Source of the DNA: Patescibacteria group bacterium
GTDB lineage: Bacteria > Patescibacteriota > Gracilibacteria > UM-FILTER-43-11
Direction: 5' to 3'
Length of the DNA stretch: 64,000 nucleotides
Assembly (NCBI GenBank): GCA_018813295.1
Contig: JAHJBZ010000066.1
Coordinates: forward strand, 11,231 to 75,230
The notes below the pieces were generated by a model that saw only the letters and a program-made list of their open reading frames with translations, was not told the DNA's origin and did not search any database. How positions within the stretch are numbered: the stretch's first letter is position 1; each line of letters starts with the position of its first letter. The position numbers were made by a program, and so were the translations under genes. Positions 9,050 to 17,288 of the stretch are shown piece after piece.

Positions 9050-9169
9050 TTACCAACTATCATCATCCGTTTCATCTTCTTCAAGATTATAACACTTACA
9101 TTCACATTCCGGCTTTCCGCATTCTTCACATAAGGGACAATCTTGTCCACATTCACACTCGTCAAACAT
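9050..9169 (-). CDS. Unannotated 39-aa acidic Cys-rich peptide (MFDECECGQDCPLCEECGKPECECKCYNLEEDETDDDSW)
   Basis: Hand translation of the minus strand gives ATG at 9169 and TAA at 9052-9050. There are 8 Cys in 22 residues. The terminator follows directly. The + strand track ORF 9028-9246 is antisense to it. Confidence 0.5.
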   Translation of the reverse strand: MFDECECGQDCPLCEECGKPECECKCYNLEEDETDDDSW

Positions 9170-9202
9170 ATTTATCTGACTTAAATAATAAAATTCAAAG
9201 AC

Positions 9203-9325
9203 CTATTTCCTCTTTTTGGCCTTTGTCTTTTTTGTGGCTTTTTTAACCACTTTTTTTGTGGCTTTTTTAACCACTTTTTTTGCAGGTTTTTTAGCTGCTT
9301 TTTTTGTTGTTTTTTTCACTGGCAT
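9203..9325 (-). CDS. Unannotated 40-aa Lys-rich basic peptide (MPVKKTTKKAAKKPAKKVVKKATKKVVKKATKKTKAKKRK)
   Basis: Hand translation gives ATG at 9325 and TAG at 9205-9203. It contains a 24-nt tandem duplication (ccactttttttgtggcttttttaa x2 on the + strand) encoding KKVVKKAT twice. The composition is histone H1/Hc-like. Confidence 0.5.
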   Translation of the reverse strand: MPVKKTTKKAAKKPAKKVVKKATKKVVKKATKKTKAKKRK

Positions 9326-9390
9326 AAGTGTAAAAAATTAAGTAATAAATTATTTTAATTATCATTGATTTATATAAAAAAGCAATAGTA

Positions 9391-9430
9391 AAAAAAACGG
9401 CCTAAATTGAGTCGTTTTTAATGGCGGAAC
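9391..9430. repeat. Direct repeat copy 1 (tRNA-Asp 3' end plus terminator)
   Basis: aaaaaaacggcctaaattgagtcgtttttaatggcggaac matches 10206-10245 at 39 of 40 positions. Confidence 0.9.
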
Positions 9431-9449
9431 AATTTAAGAACTTTTTGAA

Positions 9450-10184
9450 TTAAAAATCGAACACTACTTTGATAATCATCAATATAGCAATGCCAATCAT
9501 AGCCTTTCTTATTAATTCATCACCATGCTTCACAGCTAAATGAGAACCAATCCACGCACCAATAAAACTTGATACAAACATTGTTGCAAGTAATGAAATC
9601 GAAACTGTTGAAGCCAAAGCAAGTATAGTCAAAGCTATTGCCGTTTCGGGTATAGCTGCAACTATGTCAGTGCTTCTTGCCTCTAGAAAACTCTTATGAA
9701 AAAAATGAACCAATACTAAAACTGCAAAAGTTGCCCCAGCCATAGCCAAAGCACCACTCCAAATACCAACAAGCAACATAAACAAAAGACCTATAATGCT
9801 CATGGCTTCCTTTTTTAAATCTTTTTTTGGTTTTGCAGGCTTAAGCAAAAAGAATATGCCAACAAAGACACCAATGATGATGATGTACCTCAATAAGCCC
9901 TCAGGTAACCTGACGACGAGATTTGCACCAAAGAAAGATCCGATGCCTAACGGTATCATAATGATCAGTGCCAACTTCCAATTAATACTTTTTGATTTGT
10001 GATAGCCTCGTAATGCACCAATCACAACTCCAAGATCAGACATTCTATTTAAGGCAAGGGTGTTTATCGGTGGAATGCCAAAGGCAAGCATAGTAGGTAT
10101 AGCAAAAACGCCAGCACCCCCAGAAATAGAAGTTACAATTCCCATAACCAATCCCAACGCAGCAATGGATAAAAACTCAATCAT
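9450..10184 (-). CDS. TauE/SafE (TSUP, DUF81) family anion exporter
   Basis: Polytopic membrane protein with GGAGVFAIP and other TSUP-like glycine-rich helices. Start set at MIEFL (10184), because the longer track start runs into the 40-bp repeat. Confidence 0.75.
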   Translation of the reverse strand: MIEFLSIAALGLVMGIVTSISGGAGVFAIPTMLAFGIPPINTLALNRMSDLGVVIGALRGYHKSKSINWKLALIIMIPLGIGSFFGANLVVRLPEGLLRYIIIIGVFVGIFFLLKPAKPKKDLKKEAMSIIGLLFMLLVGIWSGALAMAGATFAVLVLVHFFHKSFLEARSTDIVAAIPETAIALTILALASTVSISLLATMFVSSFIGAWIGSHLAVKHGDELIRKAMIGIAILMIIKVVFDF

Positions 10185-10205
10185 GGATACAGTATACCAA
10201 ATTAC

Positions 10206-10245
10206 AAAAAAACGGCCCAAATTGAGTCGTTTTTAATGGCGGAAC
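10206..10245. repeat. Direct repeat copy 2, overlapping the 3' end of tRNA-Asp
   Basis: aaaaaaacggcccaaattgagtcgtttttaatggcggaac. The last 9 nt, tggcggaac, are the reverse complement of the tRNA-Asp 3' end GUUCCGCCA. Confidence 0.9.
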
Positions 10246-10313
10246 GGACGGGACTTGAACCCGCGACCTCCTGCGTGACAGGCAGGCGTTCTAACCAACT
10301 GAACTACCGCTCC
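10237..10313 (-). tRNA. tRNA-Asp (anticodon GUC), CCA encoded
   Basis: The minus strand reads GGAGCGG-TA-GTTC-AGTTGGTTA-GAAC-G-CCTGC-CTGTCAC-GCAGG-AGGTC-GCGGG-TTCAAGT-CCCGT-CCGTTCC-G-CCA. This is a canonical cloverleaf with a GUC anticodon. Confidence 0.9.
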
Positions 10314-10361
10314 AAAGCTACGATATTGTATAGGATCACTCTATTTTTGTAAATATGAAAT

Positions 10362-10865
10362 TTAAACCTCACCAAAGGCAACTACGTAGTTCTTACCGTA
10401 GTGTTTAGCACATTTTGGACATGTAGTATAAAAGAAATAGAGCTTTTTTTGCTCTTTGCCTTTTGATTTAACAAATTCCCCCATTTCCTTCACCCATTTA
10501 CCTGCATCTTTGAAAGGTCCTTCAAAAACTTTTGATAGATAGACACCGGAAAGCTTAATCATTTCCATACCTGGTACATCTTTGTTAACCGCAAAATAAT
10601 GTTCACCTTTCCATGGGGAAGGGTCGTATGAAAGAGTTATAAAGGCCTCGTCCATTGCATTGGCATCCATAATTTTTTTAAATGAACCTTTGTACATAGA
10701 TCCCATATTGAGGGGAAAATGGAAAAAATTAATAGTAGTTGCTTTTGCAAAAAGCTTGTTATCAAAAATAAACTCCTTATCATTCCACGGAGCAGGATCA
10801 AATCGCGGACAACAACCTGTTTCATTGTCATCCATATTGATTTTTGGTATTTCGTTTATATCCAT
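10362..10865 (-). CDS. Conserved-looking hypothetical protein (CCPRFDP ... TTCPKCAKHYGKNY)
   Basis: 167-aa ORF with TAA stop and Cys motifs at both ends. I cannot name the family. Confidence 0.6.
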   Translation of the reverse strand: MDINEIPKINMDDNETGCCPRFDPAPWNDKEFIFDNKLFAKATTINFFHFPLNMGSMYKGSFKKIMDANAMDEAFITLSYDPSPWKGEHYFAVNKDVPGMEMIKLSGVYLSKVFEGPFKDAGKWVKEMGEFVKSKGKEQKKLYFFYTTCPKCAKHYGKNYVVAFGEV

Positions 10866-10908
10866 GATAAATAAATTAGATTATTCACACGAAATATACC
10901 ATGAAACA

Positions 10909-11211
10909 TTACCCATTAATACCAGCCCTCTTTAAACACTCAACTACTCGTGTTCTTACAGGTGGCGGTAGTTCAAAAACAGAACTGATCCCCCCCCTCC
11001 TTAATAAGGCATTAGTTTCTTCGCGAACAATAATCTCCGCCATTATTCTTTCACCTAAAGAAGCAAAATTACACGCTCTTCTACCAACTCTAGCCTGAAA
11101 AGAATCATCTGCTCCAACTGGTGTCCGATCAACCAATCCACCTCTTGACCTAACAGCCTGATCCAACCATTCCCTTTGATCTGCATAGCCCTGCCTAAAA
11201 CCTTCAAACAT
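10909..11211 (-). CDS. Hypothetical 100-aa R/G/A-rich protein, compositionally atypical
   Basis: Longest ORF in a locally GC-richer patch. The overlapping + strand track ORFs (10660-10935, 10901-11098) are probably by-products of the lower AT content. Confidence 0.4.
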   Translation of the reverse strand: MFEGFRQGYADQREWLDQAVRSRGGLVDRTPVGADDSFQARVGRRACNFASLGERIMAEIIVREETNALLRRGGISSVFELPPPVRTRVVECLKRAGING

Positions 11212-11367
11212 AAAAATTTATTACAGAAAAAATATAGTCTTCAAAACATAACACTATCAAACTATTTATTAATACAATTTAAATTACAAAGTTCTTTTTA
11301 AATATTTTCCTATCTTATTGATTATAAAGCATTTTTATGGTATAATTTATTAATTATAATAATTATT

Positions 11368-12042
11368 ATGCCAGAAACAGAAAAAATCAGAGAAAAAATT
11401 GATCCATTGAAACTCGATTATATCAATGGAATTCGTGCAAAAATCAACGCATTAATAAAAAAGGCTGTAATGGTAGGAGGGGCAGGGCTTTTAGTTGGAA
11501 CGATCGCTGGTACAGCAGCACAAAAAGAATATCGTGATTGGGTAGGTGATGACTATGAAGATACAGAGCAAGGGGGAAAGGGGCAGCAGGCACCACTTAA
11601 TGAACAAGAACCTGAATATGGCATACTTTCAGAAGCCAGAAGAAAAGTAGGTGCTGTAAAAGATGCCATTGCAGGTAAAGTTGGAGAAGAAATGGAAAAT
11701 ACTGAAACAGTACAAAAAATAAGAGAACTGGAAACGGCTTACCATAAATTACGAGAAACAGGTGACAAGGCCTCTTTTTGGATACCATTTCTTATGGCCT
11801 TTCTTGCAACAGTAAAACTGTTAAACATAAGCATTGAAGCAAAAAAGAAATTAACTGAAAATGTAGACCCTCAAGTTGAAGTCAACATGAAAAAAATAGA
11901 AGAAAAACTGAATGAATTAATTAAAAGAATGAATGATTTGTCCCAAAAAGAACAGCTCTCTATTGAAGAACAAGGATCTATTCGAAAAGAAGTAGATAGA
12001 TTAATGGAAGAAATGACTCAAATAAAAGAATCATTATCTTAA
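11368..12042 (+). CDS. Hypothetical membrane-associated coiled-coil protein
   Basis: 224 aa with two hydrophobic segments and long E/K-rich helical stretches. Confidence 0.55.
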   Translation: MPETEKIREKIDPLKLDYINGIRAKINALIKKAVMVGGAGLLVGTIAGTAAQKEYRDWVGDDYEDTEQGGKGQQAPLNEQEPEYGILSEARRKVGAVKDAIAGKVGEEMENTETVQKIRELETAYHKLRETGDKASFWIPFLMAFLATVKLLNISIEAKKKLTENVDPQVEVNMKKIEEKLNELIKRMNDLSQKEQLSIEEQGSIRKEVDRLMEEMTQIKESLS

Positions 12043-12959
12043 AACAAATTCCCTAAATCTTTTTTCATATTTTCAGCAGCTTCGCGAGCTGCCTCTGCAT
12101 AAGCCTCACCTGGCTTTCCTTGCTTTTCATAAGCAAAAATAATTCCACGGGATGAATTCACAATGGCACCAGTACCATTATTATGAAAACAAGGCTTCAC
12201 ATCTTCCGCTCCCCCACCTTGCGCACCATAGCCAGGCACTAAAAAGATTTGATTTGGCATAAGGTTACGAAGCACACGTGCTTCTTCTGGGTATGTAGCA
12301 CCAATAACAGCACCAACTGATGAAAACCCACTATCACCGATAAGATCACGCCCCCAACCTTCAACAAGAGTCGCCACATGCTCATCCATTAGATGGTCAC
12401 CAAGTGCCTGACCTTGAATTTCATCTGCAGAAGGATTGGATGTGCGCACTAAAACAAAAATGCCTTTACCTTGCTCTTGGCAGACTTTGGTAAATGGAAC
12501 AATGCCATCAGTTCCAAGATATGGAGTAACTGTTAATGCATCCGCATTGATTCCAGGAACTTCTTCGCCAAAAAGATCGATCGTACCGATATGCGCAGCA
12601 GCATATGCTGTAGCAGTAGAACCGATATCATTACGCTTAGCGTCACCTATTACAAGCATTCCTTTTTCATGCGCATAACTAACGGTGTCTTCATAAGCTT
12701 TTAATCCTTCATGTCCATAATATTCATAAAAAGCAATCTGAGGTTTAACTGCTGGAACAATATCTGAAACAGCATCAATAATACCCATATTAAATTCCAA
12801 AATTGCTGCTGCTGCAGCTTCTTTGGTTTCACCAAATTCATCAACAGCTTTTTCTTTAATGAAATCAGGAATTTGAGCAAGGCGTGGATCAAGACCAACA
12901 ACTGTTGGATTGTTTAATTCACTAATGCGATTTATTAATCTATCTGCGAAATGTATCAT
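12039..12959 (-). CDS. pyrF: Orotidine 5'-phosphate decarboxylase, type 2
   Basis: 306 aa. Motifs VVGLDP, DAKRNDIGSTA and LVPGYGAQGG are typical of long-form PyrF. Confidence 0.9.
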   Translation of the reverse strand: MIHFADRLINRISELNNPTVVGLDPRLAQIPDFIKEKAVDEFGETKEAAAAAILEFNMGIIDAVSDIVPAVKPQIAFYEYYGHEGLKAYEDTVSYAHEKGMLVIGDAKRNDIGSTATAYAAAHIGTIDLFGEEVPGINADALTVTPYLGTDGIVPFTKVCQEQGKGIFVLVRTSNPSADEIQGQALGDHLMDEHVATLVEGWGRDLIGDSGFSSVGAVIGATYPEEARVLRNLMPNQIFLVPGYGAQGGGAEDVKPCFHNNGTGAIVNSSRGIIFAYEKQGKPGEAYAEAAREAAENMKKDLGNLF

Positions 12960-13084
12960 AATATTAATTTTTAATTTTTAATTCGAAATTTTTAATCAAT
13001 TTTCATTGTAATAATGTTTAAATTTTTAAAACATTAGAAATTCAGACATTCAATAAAAATTAAAAACTAAAAATTAAAAATTAA

Positions 13085-13894
13085 TCAAGCCGTCTGATTA
13101 TGGAAAAAAGATTCATTTTCTTTGAGCCTTAAACGTATTTCATGTGCTTCGTTTTTGGCTTTATCATTATAAGGCTCTACTGTAAGAATTTTTTCATATG
13201 TAAAAAGGGAATTATCATAATCTTCATCAGCCCGACAGGAATCAGCTAGTAAAAAAAGATAATTCACATCGCGAGGCTTTAGTTCAGCTGCACGACGAAA
13301 GCATTCCGCCGCAACTGAATAGTACATAAGTAGATGATAAAGCTTTCCTAAGGCTAGCAATTTCCTATCATCTTTTTCATCCAATTCAACAGCACGTACA
13401 TACATTTGAATCGCATCTTTATAGCGTCTTTTTTTAACAAAAATTTTACCAAGATTTTCATAAATATCGGGATTATCAGGATCTGTTTCAAGCAAACGAC
13501 GATACAAAGTCTCCGCTTTCCTAAAATCACCACTATCCATACAAACTTTTGCCAATTTTAAAGAAATAGGCAGCTCATCCTTTGCAAAAGAAGTTGCCTG
13601 AATAAGATGTTTTTTTGCCTCATTCCATTGTTGTTTCGCAATGGCCAATTCAGCATGCCTCATTTCCTCTTTATACCGATTAAAATTGAACTTTGTTTCT
13701 GGGTTTTCTTTAGCTAATTCATCTTTAAAACGCTTTTTGCTCTCGACTTGTTCTATTTTTCGATTTTCATGAACTTTGGTAGAAATTTTTTCTTTAAACT
13801 CCTTTTTTTCAGTACGTCTAAAAATAACATTACGCCGACTAGCAATAATAATAATCGCGAGGAGTGCCAATAGAAATATATATAATTGAGACAT
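13085..13894 (-). CDS. TPR-repeat protein with N-terminal membrane anchor
   Basis: N-terminal TM helix (IFLLALLAIIIIA). Several 34-aa TPR-like units, for example AETLYRRLLETDPDNPDIYENLGKIFVKKRRYKDAIQMYVRAVELD. Confidence 0.75.
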   Translation of the reverse strand: MSQLYIFLLALLAIIIIASRRNVIFRRTEKKEFKEKISTKVHENRKIEQVESKKRFKDELAKENPETKFNFNRYKEEMRHAELAIAKQQWNEAKKHLIQATSFAKDELPISLKLAKVCMDSGDFRKAETLYRRLLETDPDNPDIYENLGKIFVKKRRYKDAIQMYVRAVELDEKDDRKLLALGKLYHLLMYYSVAAECFRRAAELKPRDVNYLFLLADSCRADEDYDNSLFTYEKILTVEPYNDKAKNEAHEIRLRLKENESFFHNQTA

Positions 13895-14014
13895 AAGCTA
13901 AACAACAAAAACATTTAGAATTTCGTATTTCAGATTTCGCATTCAAATGCAAAATGCGAATTCAGAAATGCAAAATATTAAGGTTTGTTTTTGTTTTTGT
14001 TTTTATAATAAAGG

Positions 14015-14971
14015 CTATCGCTCGGTCAGAAGAAAAAAGTTTTCTAAAGCCAATTTTTTATTTGTGTTTCGTTCAATAAGATAGCGTGTTTTTTCTAAAG
14101 ATTCAAATAGATTAGCTATATCTTCTAAAGTAAATCGCGATTTTAATGCATGATTATCACTAGAAAGATATTCATAAACTAATTTTCTCAAGTAACGTGA
14201 AAAAGCATCGAAAAAAAGTTCTAATTGTTCTGGTTCCTGATCCAAAGTTTCGACAAACATAAATTTTTGCGAAAGGTTATTCTTTTTCAAAAAAAACTCG
14301 ATTTGATTATAGATACTTCTCTGCTCAGTCAAAATCGTAGGACTTTTTATCAGATTAATAGCTAAACCCGGACGTCCTTGCGAAATTTGAATTATTTCAT
14401 CAAGATCGGAATTATCGCCAAATTTCTCCTGTAAGTATTTTTTCAAAACACCATCTTCAACACTATAAAAAGAATATCTTCTTACGCGAGATTTGATAGT
14501 GGGCAGTACTTGATTAATTTTATTGGAAGTTAATATAAAAATTGTTTTACCAGCCGGCTCTTCAAGTGTTTTTAAAAAAGAATTCTGAGCCTCAATAGGC
14601 ATTCTTTCAATGTTTTCAATTAGTATTATCCTGTGTTTGCCATAAGAGGTGAGGTTAGTTTTATGTATTAAATCACGTACATCATCGATTTTTATAGTTT
14701 CACCATTGTCAGTCATCACAATCATGTCTGGGTGTGAGCCGCTTTGAATCAATTTGCAATCTTGGCAGGTATGACAAAGATCATTTGGACACTGCAAAAT
14801 ATTCGCAAACATCCTGGCTATTCGAAATATACCAACATCTTTTGGGCCTGAAAAAAGATATGCATGAGAAATATTATTTTCAGCAATTTCCTTTTCCAGC
14901 TGCTGCAATTGCTTCTTATGCCCAATTGTATCCCATTTATATAGCATTTGATTATCGGTTTTCTGAGACAT
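14015..14971 (-). CDS. holB: DNA polymerase III subunit delta'
   Basis: HAYLFSGPKDVG P-loop-like segment, Zn module CHTCQDCKLIQSGSHPD, and SFLKTLEEP. Start set at MSQKTD (14971), because the 5' extension of the track ORF runs into a heptamer repeat array. Confidence 0.85.
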   Translation of the reverse strand: MSQKTDNQMLYKWDTIGHKKQLQQLEKEIAENNISHAYLFSGPKDVGIFRIARMFANILQCPNDLCHTCQDCKLIQSGSHPDMIVMTDNGETIKIDDVRDLIHKTNLTSYGKHRIILIENIERMPIEAQNSFLKTLEEPAGKTIFILTSNKINQVLPTIKSRVRRYSFYSVEDGVLKKYLQEKFGDNSDLDEIIQISQGRPGLAINLIKSPTILTEQRSIYNQIEFFLKKNNLSQKFMFVETLDQEPEQLELFFDAFSRYLRKLVYEYLSSDNHALKSRFTLEDIANLFESLEKTRYLIERNTNKKLALENFFLLTER

Positions 14972-15042
14972 TTCTGAGACATTATTATACACTATTTTCT
15001 TACATGGCCAACCGCATTCGTAATTTGTGTTTAGTGATTGGT

Positions 15043-15077
15043 GGCACGAGGCACTAGGCACCAGGCACGAGGCACAA
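15043..15077. repeat. Degenerate heptamer tandem array (ggcacNa x5)
   Basis: ggcacga ggcacta ggcacca ggcacga ggcacaa, located between the holB start and tRNA-Leu. Confidence 0.9.
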
Positions 15078-15150
15078 AATTACCTTGTAATTAACCCAAA
15101 AATTCACTAAAATAACTGGGCTTGCGTTTCGAATGTAGAACTTAAGTCAA

Positions 15151-15235
15151 GCCTGGGTGGTGAAATTGGTATACACGAAAGACTTAAAATCTTTTTCCTT
15201 CGGGAGTGAGGGTTCGAGTCCCTCCCCAGGCACCA
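15151..15235 (+). tRNA. tRNA-Leu (anticodon UAA), long variable arm, CCA encoded
   Basis: GCCTGGGTGGTGAAATTGGTATACACGAAAGACTTAAAATCTTTTTCCTTCGGGAGTGAGGGTTCGAGTCCCTCCCCAGGCACCA. The anticodon loop is CUUAAAA. This is a type II tRNA. Confidence 0.9.
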
Positions 15236-15303
15236 GACGAAAGCGGTGCGGTCCGCCGCAGTACGCGATAACGGAGGTAGGCGGGCCATTAAAATCAACC
15301 AAT

Positions 15304-15783
15304 ATGGATAAACTAATAAAAAAACCGGTAAAAAACTTCATGACAAAAGATGTCATTGCAGTAAAAAAAGAAGATAGCATCAAGAATGTTTTTAAATTAA
15401 TGGACGAAAATGAAATACTTGGGATTCCAGTAGTTGATGATGATAATCAACCAATCGGAATGGTAACTGAAAGTGATCTTATAAAACATTTCACAACAAT
15501 TAAAACACCTAAGGGAATTAATTTATTAGGTAGCATTGTTTTCCTGGATGACATCAGCAAATTCAATGAAAATCTAAAAGATCATTGTGCGGAATCAGTA
15601 GGGGATATAATGACAGACGTAGCAATTACAATTAACGAAGACACTCAGCTTATAGATGCAATAGACTTAATGGCACAATATAATCTAAACAGGCTTCCTG
15701 TTGTGGATAAAAAGAACAAATTGACCGGTATTATCACTCGAACAGATATAGTTCATCAACTTGCCAAATCAAAACATATATAA
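15304..15783 (+). CDS. CBS-domain pair protein
   Basis: Starts at MDKLIKKPVKNFMTKDVIAV (ATG 15304); the track start at 15157 overlaps the tRNA. There are two CBS modules (..ILGIPVVDDDNQPIGMVTESDL.. and ..LNRLPVVDKKNKLTGIITRTDI..). Confidence 0.85.
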   Translation: MDKLIKKPVKNFMTKDVIAVKKEDSIKNVFKLMDENEILGIPVVDDDNQPIGMVTESDLIKHFTTIKTPKGINLLGSIVFLDDISKFNENLKDHCAESVGDIMTDVAITINEDTQLIDAIDLMAQYNLNRLPVVDKKNKLTGIITRTDIVHQLAKSKHI

Positions 15784-15910
15784 TTACAAAATTAAAAATT
15801 CAAGATTACAAAATTAACTAGCATTTCATTTTTTATACACTAAAATAATCTTGTAATTTTCAATTTTCTAATCTTGTAATGAAAATTTTATTTCATAAAA
15901 TTTTAAAAAA

Positions 15911-16564
15911 ATGGAGCAGTACACAATTGAAGTAACACAAGGAGTTTATGCAACTGCAAAAGAAGCTAGAAATGCAGACCGCGTTCCTATGATTTATTAT
16001 GGAAAAGGAGTTGAACCAACAAATTTTTCCGCTGATTACCAGGATTTTAAACGCTTATACAAAAAAGCAGGGAAAAGTGCGATCATAACCCTTATTAATG
16101 AGAGCAAAAAAGAGTTTCATGTTCTGGTTCACGAAATTCAATACGACCCAGTTAGTGATGAAATGATTCATATCGATCTCATGGCAGTTGATCTTAACAA
16201 ACCGATTACAACAGAGGTACCTTTGGTGTTCATTGGCCAAGCACCTGCTGTAAAAGATCTAAATGGTACTTTCATGAGTGGTAAAGATCGCGTAATGGTT
16301 GAATGTTTACCTAAAGACTTAGTTCACGAAATTGAAGTGGATATCAGTCCTCTTGTTGATTTCCACAGCGGTCTTACAATAGCAGATATCAATGCTCCTG
16401 AAGGTGTTAGAATCCTAGATGCAGAAGATATCAGCATCGCAACCGTTTCTGCTCCACGCGCAGAGGAAGTAGAAGTAGTAGCTCCTACTGAAAAAACTGC
16501 TGAAGGCGAAGAAGGTGAAGCTCCCGCTAAAGGCGAAGAGGAAAAAGAGGAAGGAGGTGAGTAA
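15911..16564 (+). CDS. rplY: 50S ribosomal protein L25/general stress protein Ctc
   Basis: 217 aa. Ctc-type two-domain L25 (RNADRVPMIYYGKG..) with an acidic C-terminal tail. Confidence 0.85.
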   Translation: MEQYTIEVTQGVYATAKEARNADRVPMIYYGKGVEPTNFSADYQDFKRLYKKAGKSAIITLINESKKEFHVLVHEIQYDPVSDEMIHIDLMAVDLNKPITTEVPLVFIGQAPAVKDLNGTFMSGKDRVMVECLPKDLVHEIEVDISPLVDFHSGLTIADINAPEGVRILDAEDISIATVSAPRAEEVEVVAPTEKTAEGEEGEAPAKGEEEKEEGGE

Positions 16565-16575
16565 TTTTCTCAACT

Positions 16576-17277
16576 ATGAAATTCAAGGCCGATAATAAAA
16601 TTTTTGAAAATTATCCAGATTTTATTGACGGTATTTTAGTGGTAAAAAATATCGATAATAACGGCACTAATCCAGAAATTACTGAGCTATTAAGAAAAAT
16701 AGAAAAAGAAATAAGAGAAATTACGGATATTGAATCAGTAAATTCACATCCTAAAATTGCGGCATGGAGAGAAGCTCACAGGAAATTTGGGAATAATCCA
16801 AAAAAATCCCCACCATCGGTACAAGCTATATTCGGTAGGGTTTATAAAGGTGGTGAATTACCAATAATTAATAAATTAGTAGATTTATATAACTACATCT
16901 CTTTAAAATATGTCGTTCCTGCTGGTGGTGAAAATTTAGACAAATGTGTAGGCGATATCGAATTAACTTATGCTGATGGTGACGAAGAATTCATTGAATT
17001 AGAATCAGTAGAAAATAGACCGCCTGAAACGGGGGAGGTGGTTTATAAAGATCAGGCAGGAGTCATTTGCAGAAAATTTAATTGGCGCGAAGCAGACAGA
17101 ACAAAATTAAGTGAAAATACAAAAAATGCTGTGTTGGTTATAGAAGGTCTGTCACCAGTAACCAGAGATGAGCTTCAGCGAACATTAGATGAATTACAGG
17201 AATTAGTGCAAAAATATTGCGGTGGTGAAAGTAATAGTTATATTTTAGATCAGGATAACCGAGAAATAGAGATTTAG
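16576..17277 (+). CDS. B3/B4 tRNA-binding-domain protein
   Basis: 233 aa. The segment HPKIAAWREAHRKFGNNPKKSPPSVQAIF...PIINKLVDLYNYISLKYVVPAGGENLD resembles stand-alone PheT B3/B4-like proteins. Confidence 0.65.
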   Translation: MKFKADNKIFENYPDFIDGILVVKNIDNNGTNPEITELLRKIEKEIREITDIESVNSHPKIAAWREAHRKFGNNPKKSPPSVQAIFGRVYKGGELPIINKLVDLYNYISLKYVVPAGGENLDKCVGDIELTYADGDEEFIELESVENRPPETGEVVYKDQAGVICRKFNWREADRTKLSENTKNAVLVIEGLSPVTRDELQRTLDELQELVQKYCGGESNSYILDQDNREIEI

Positions 17278-17288
17278 CCTAGATATCT

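Noticed and set aside
9028-9246. 72-aa + strand track ORF
   Set aside because: It is antisense to two better-supported minus-strand mini-ORFs and to a terminator whose wobble pairing only works on the minus strand. Its peptide has an odd composition and no features.
9391-10313. Prophage or genomic island integrated at tRNA-Asp
   Set aside because: The att-like direct repeats enclose only one 0.8-kb transporter gene. No integrase, excisionase or phage genes are present. It is reported only as a minimal att-like scar.
15107-15383. Track ORFs overlapping tRNA-Leu (15107-15298 -, 15147-15383 -, and the 15157 start of the CBS protein)
   Set aside because: They run through a canonical tRNA-Leu cloverleaf. 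The CBS protein has a clean internal ATG at 15304 right after the tRNA and the GC-rich hairpin.
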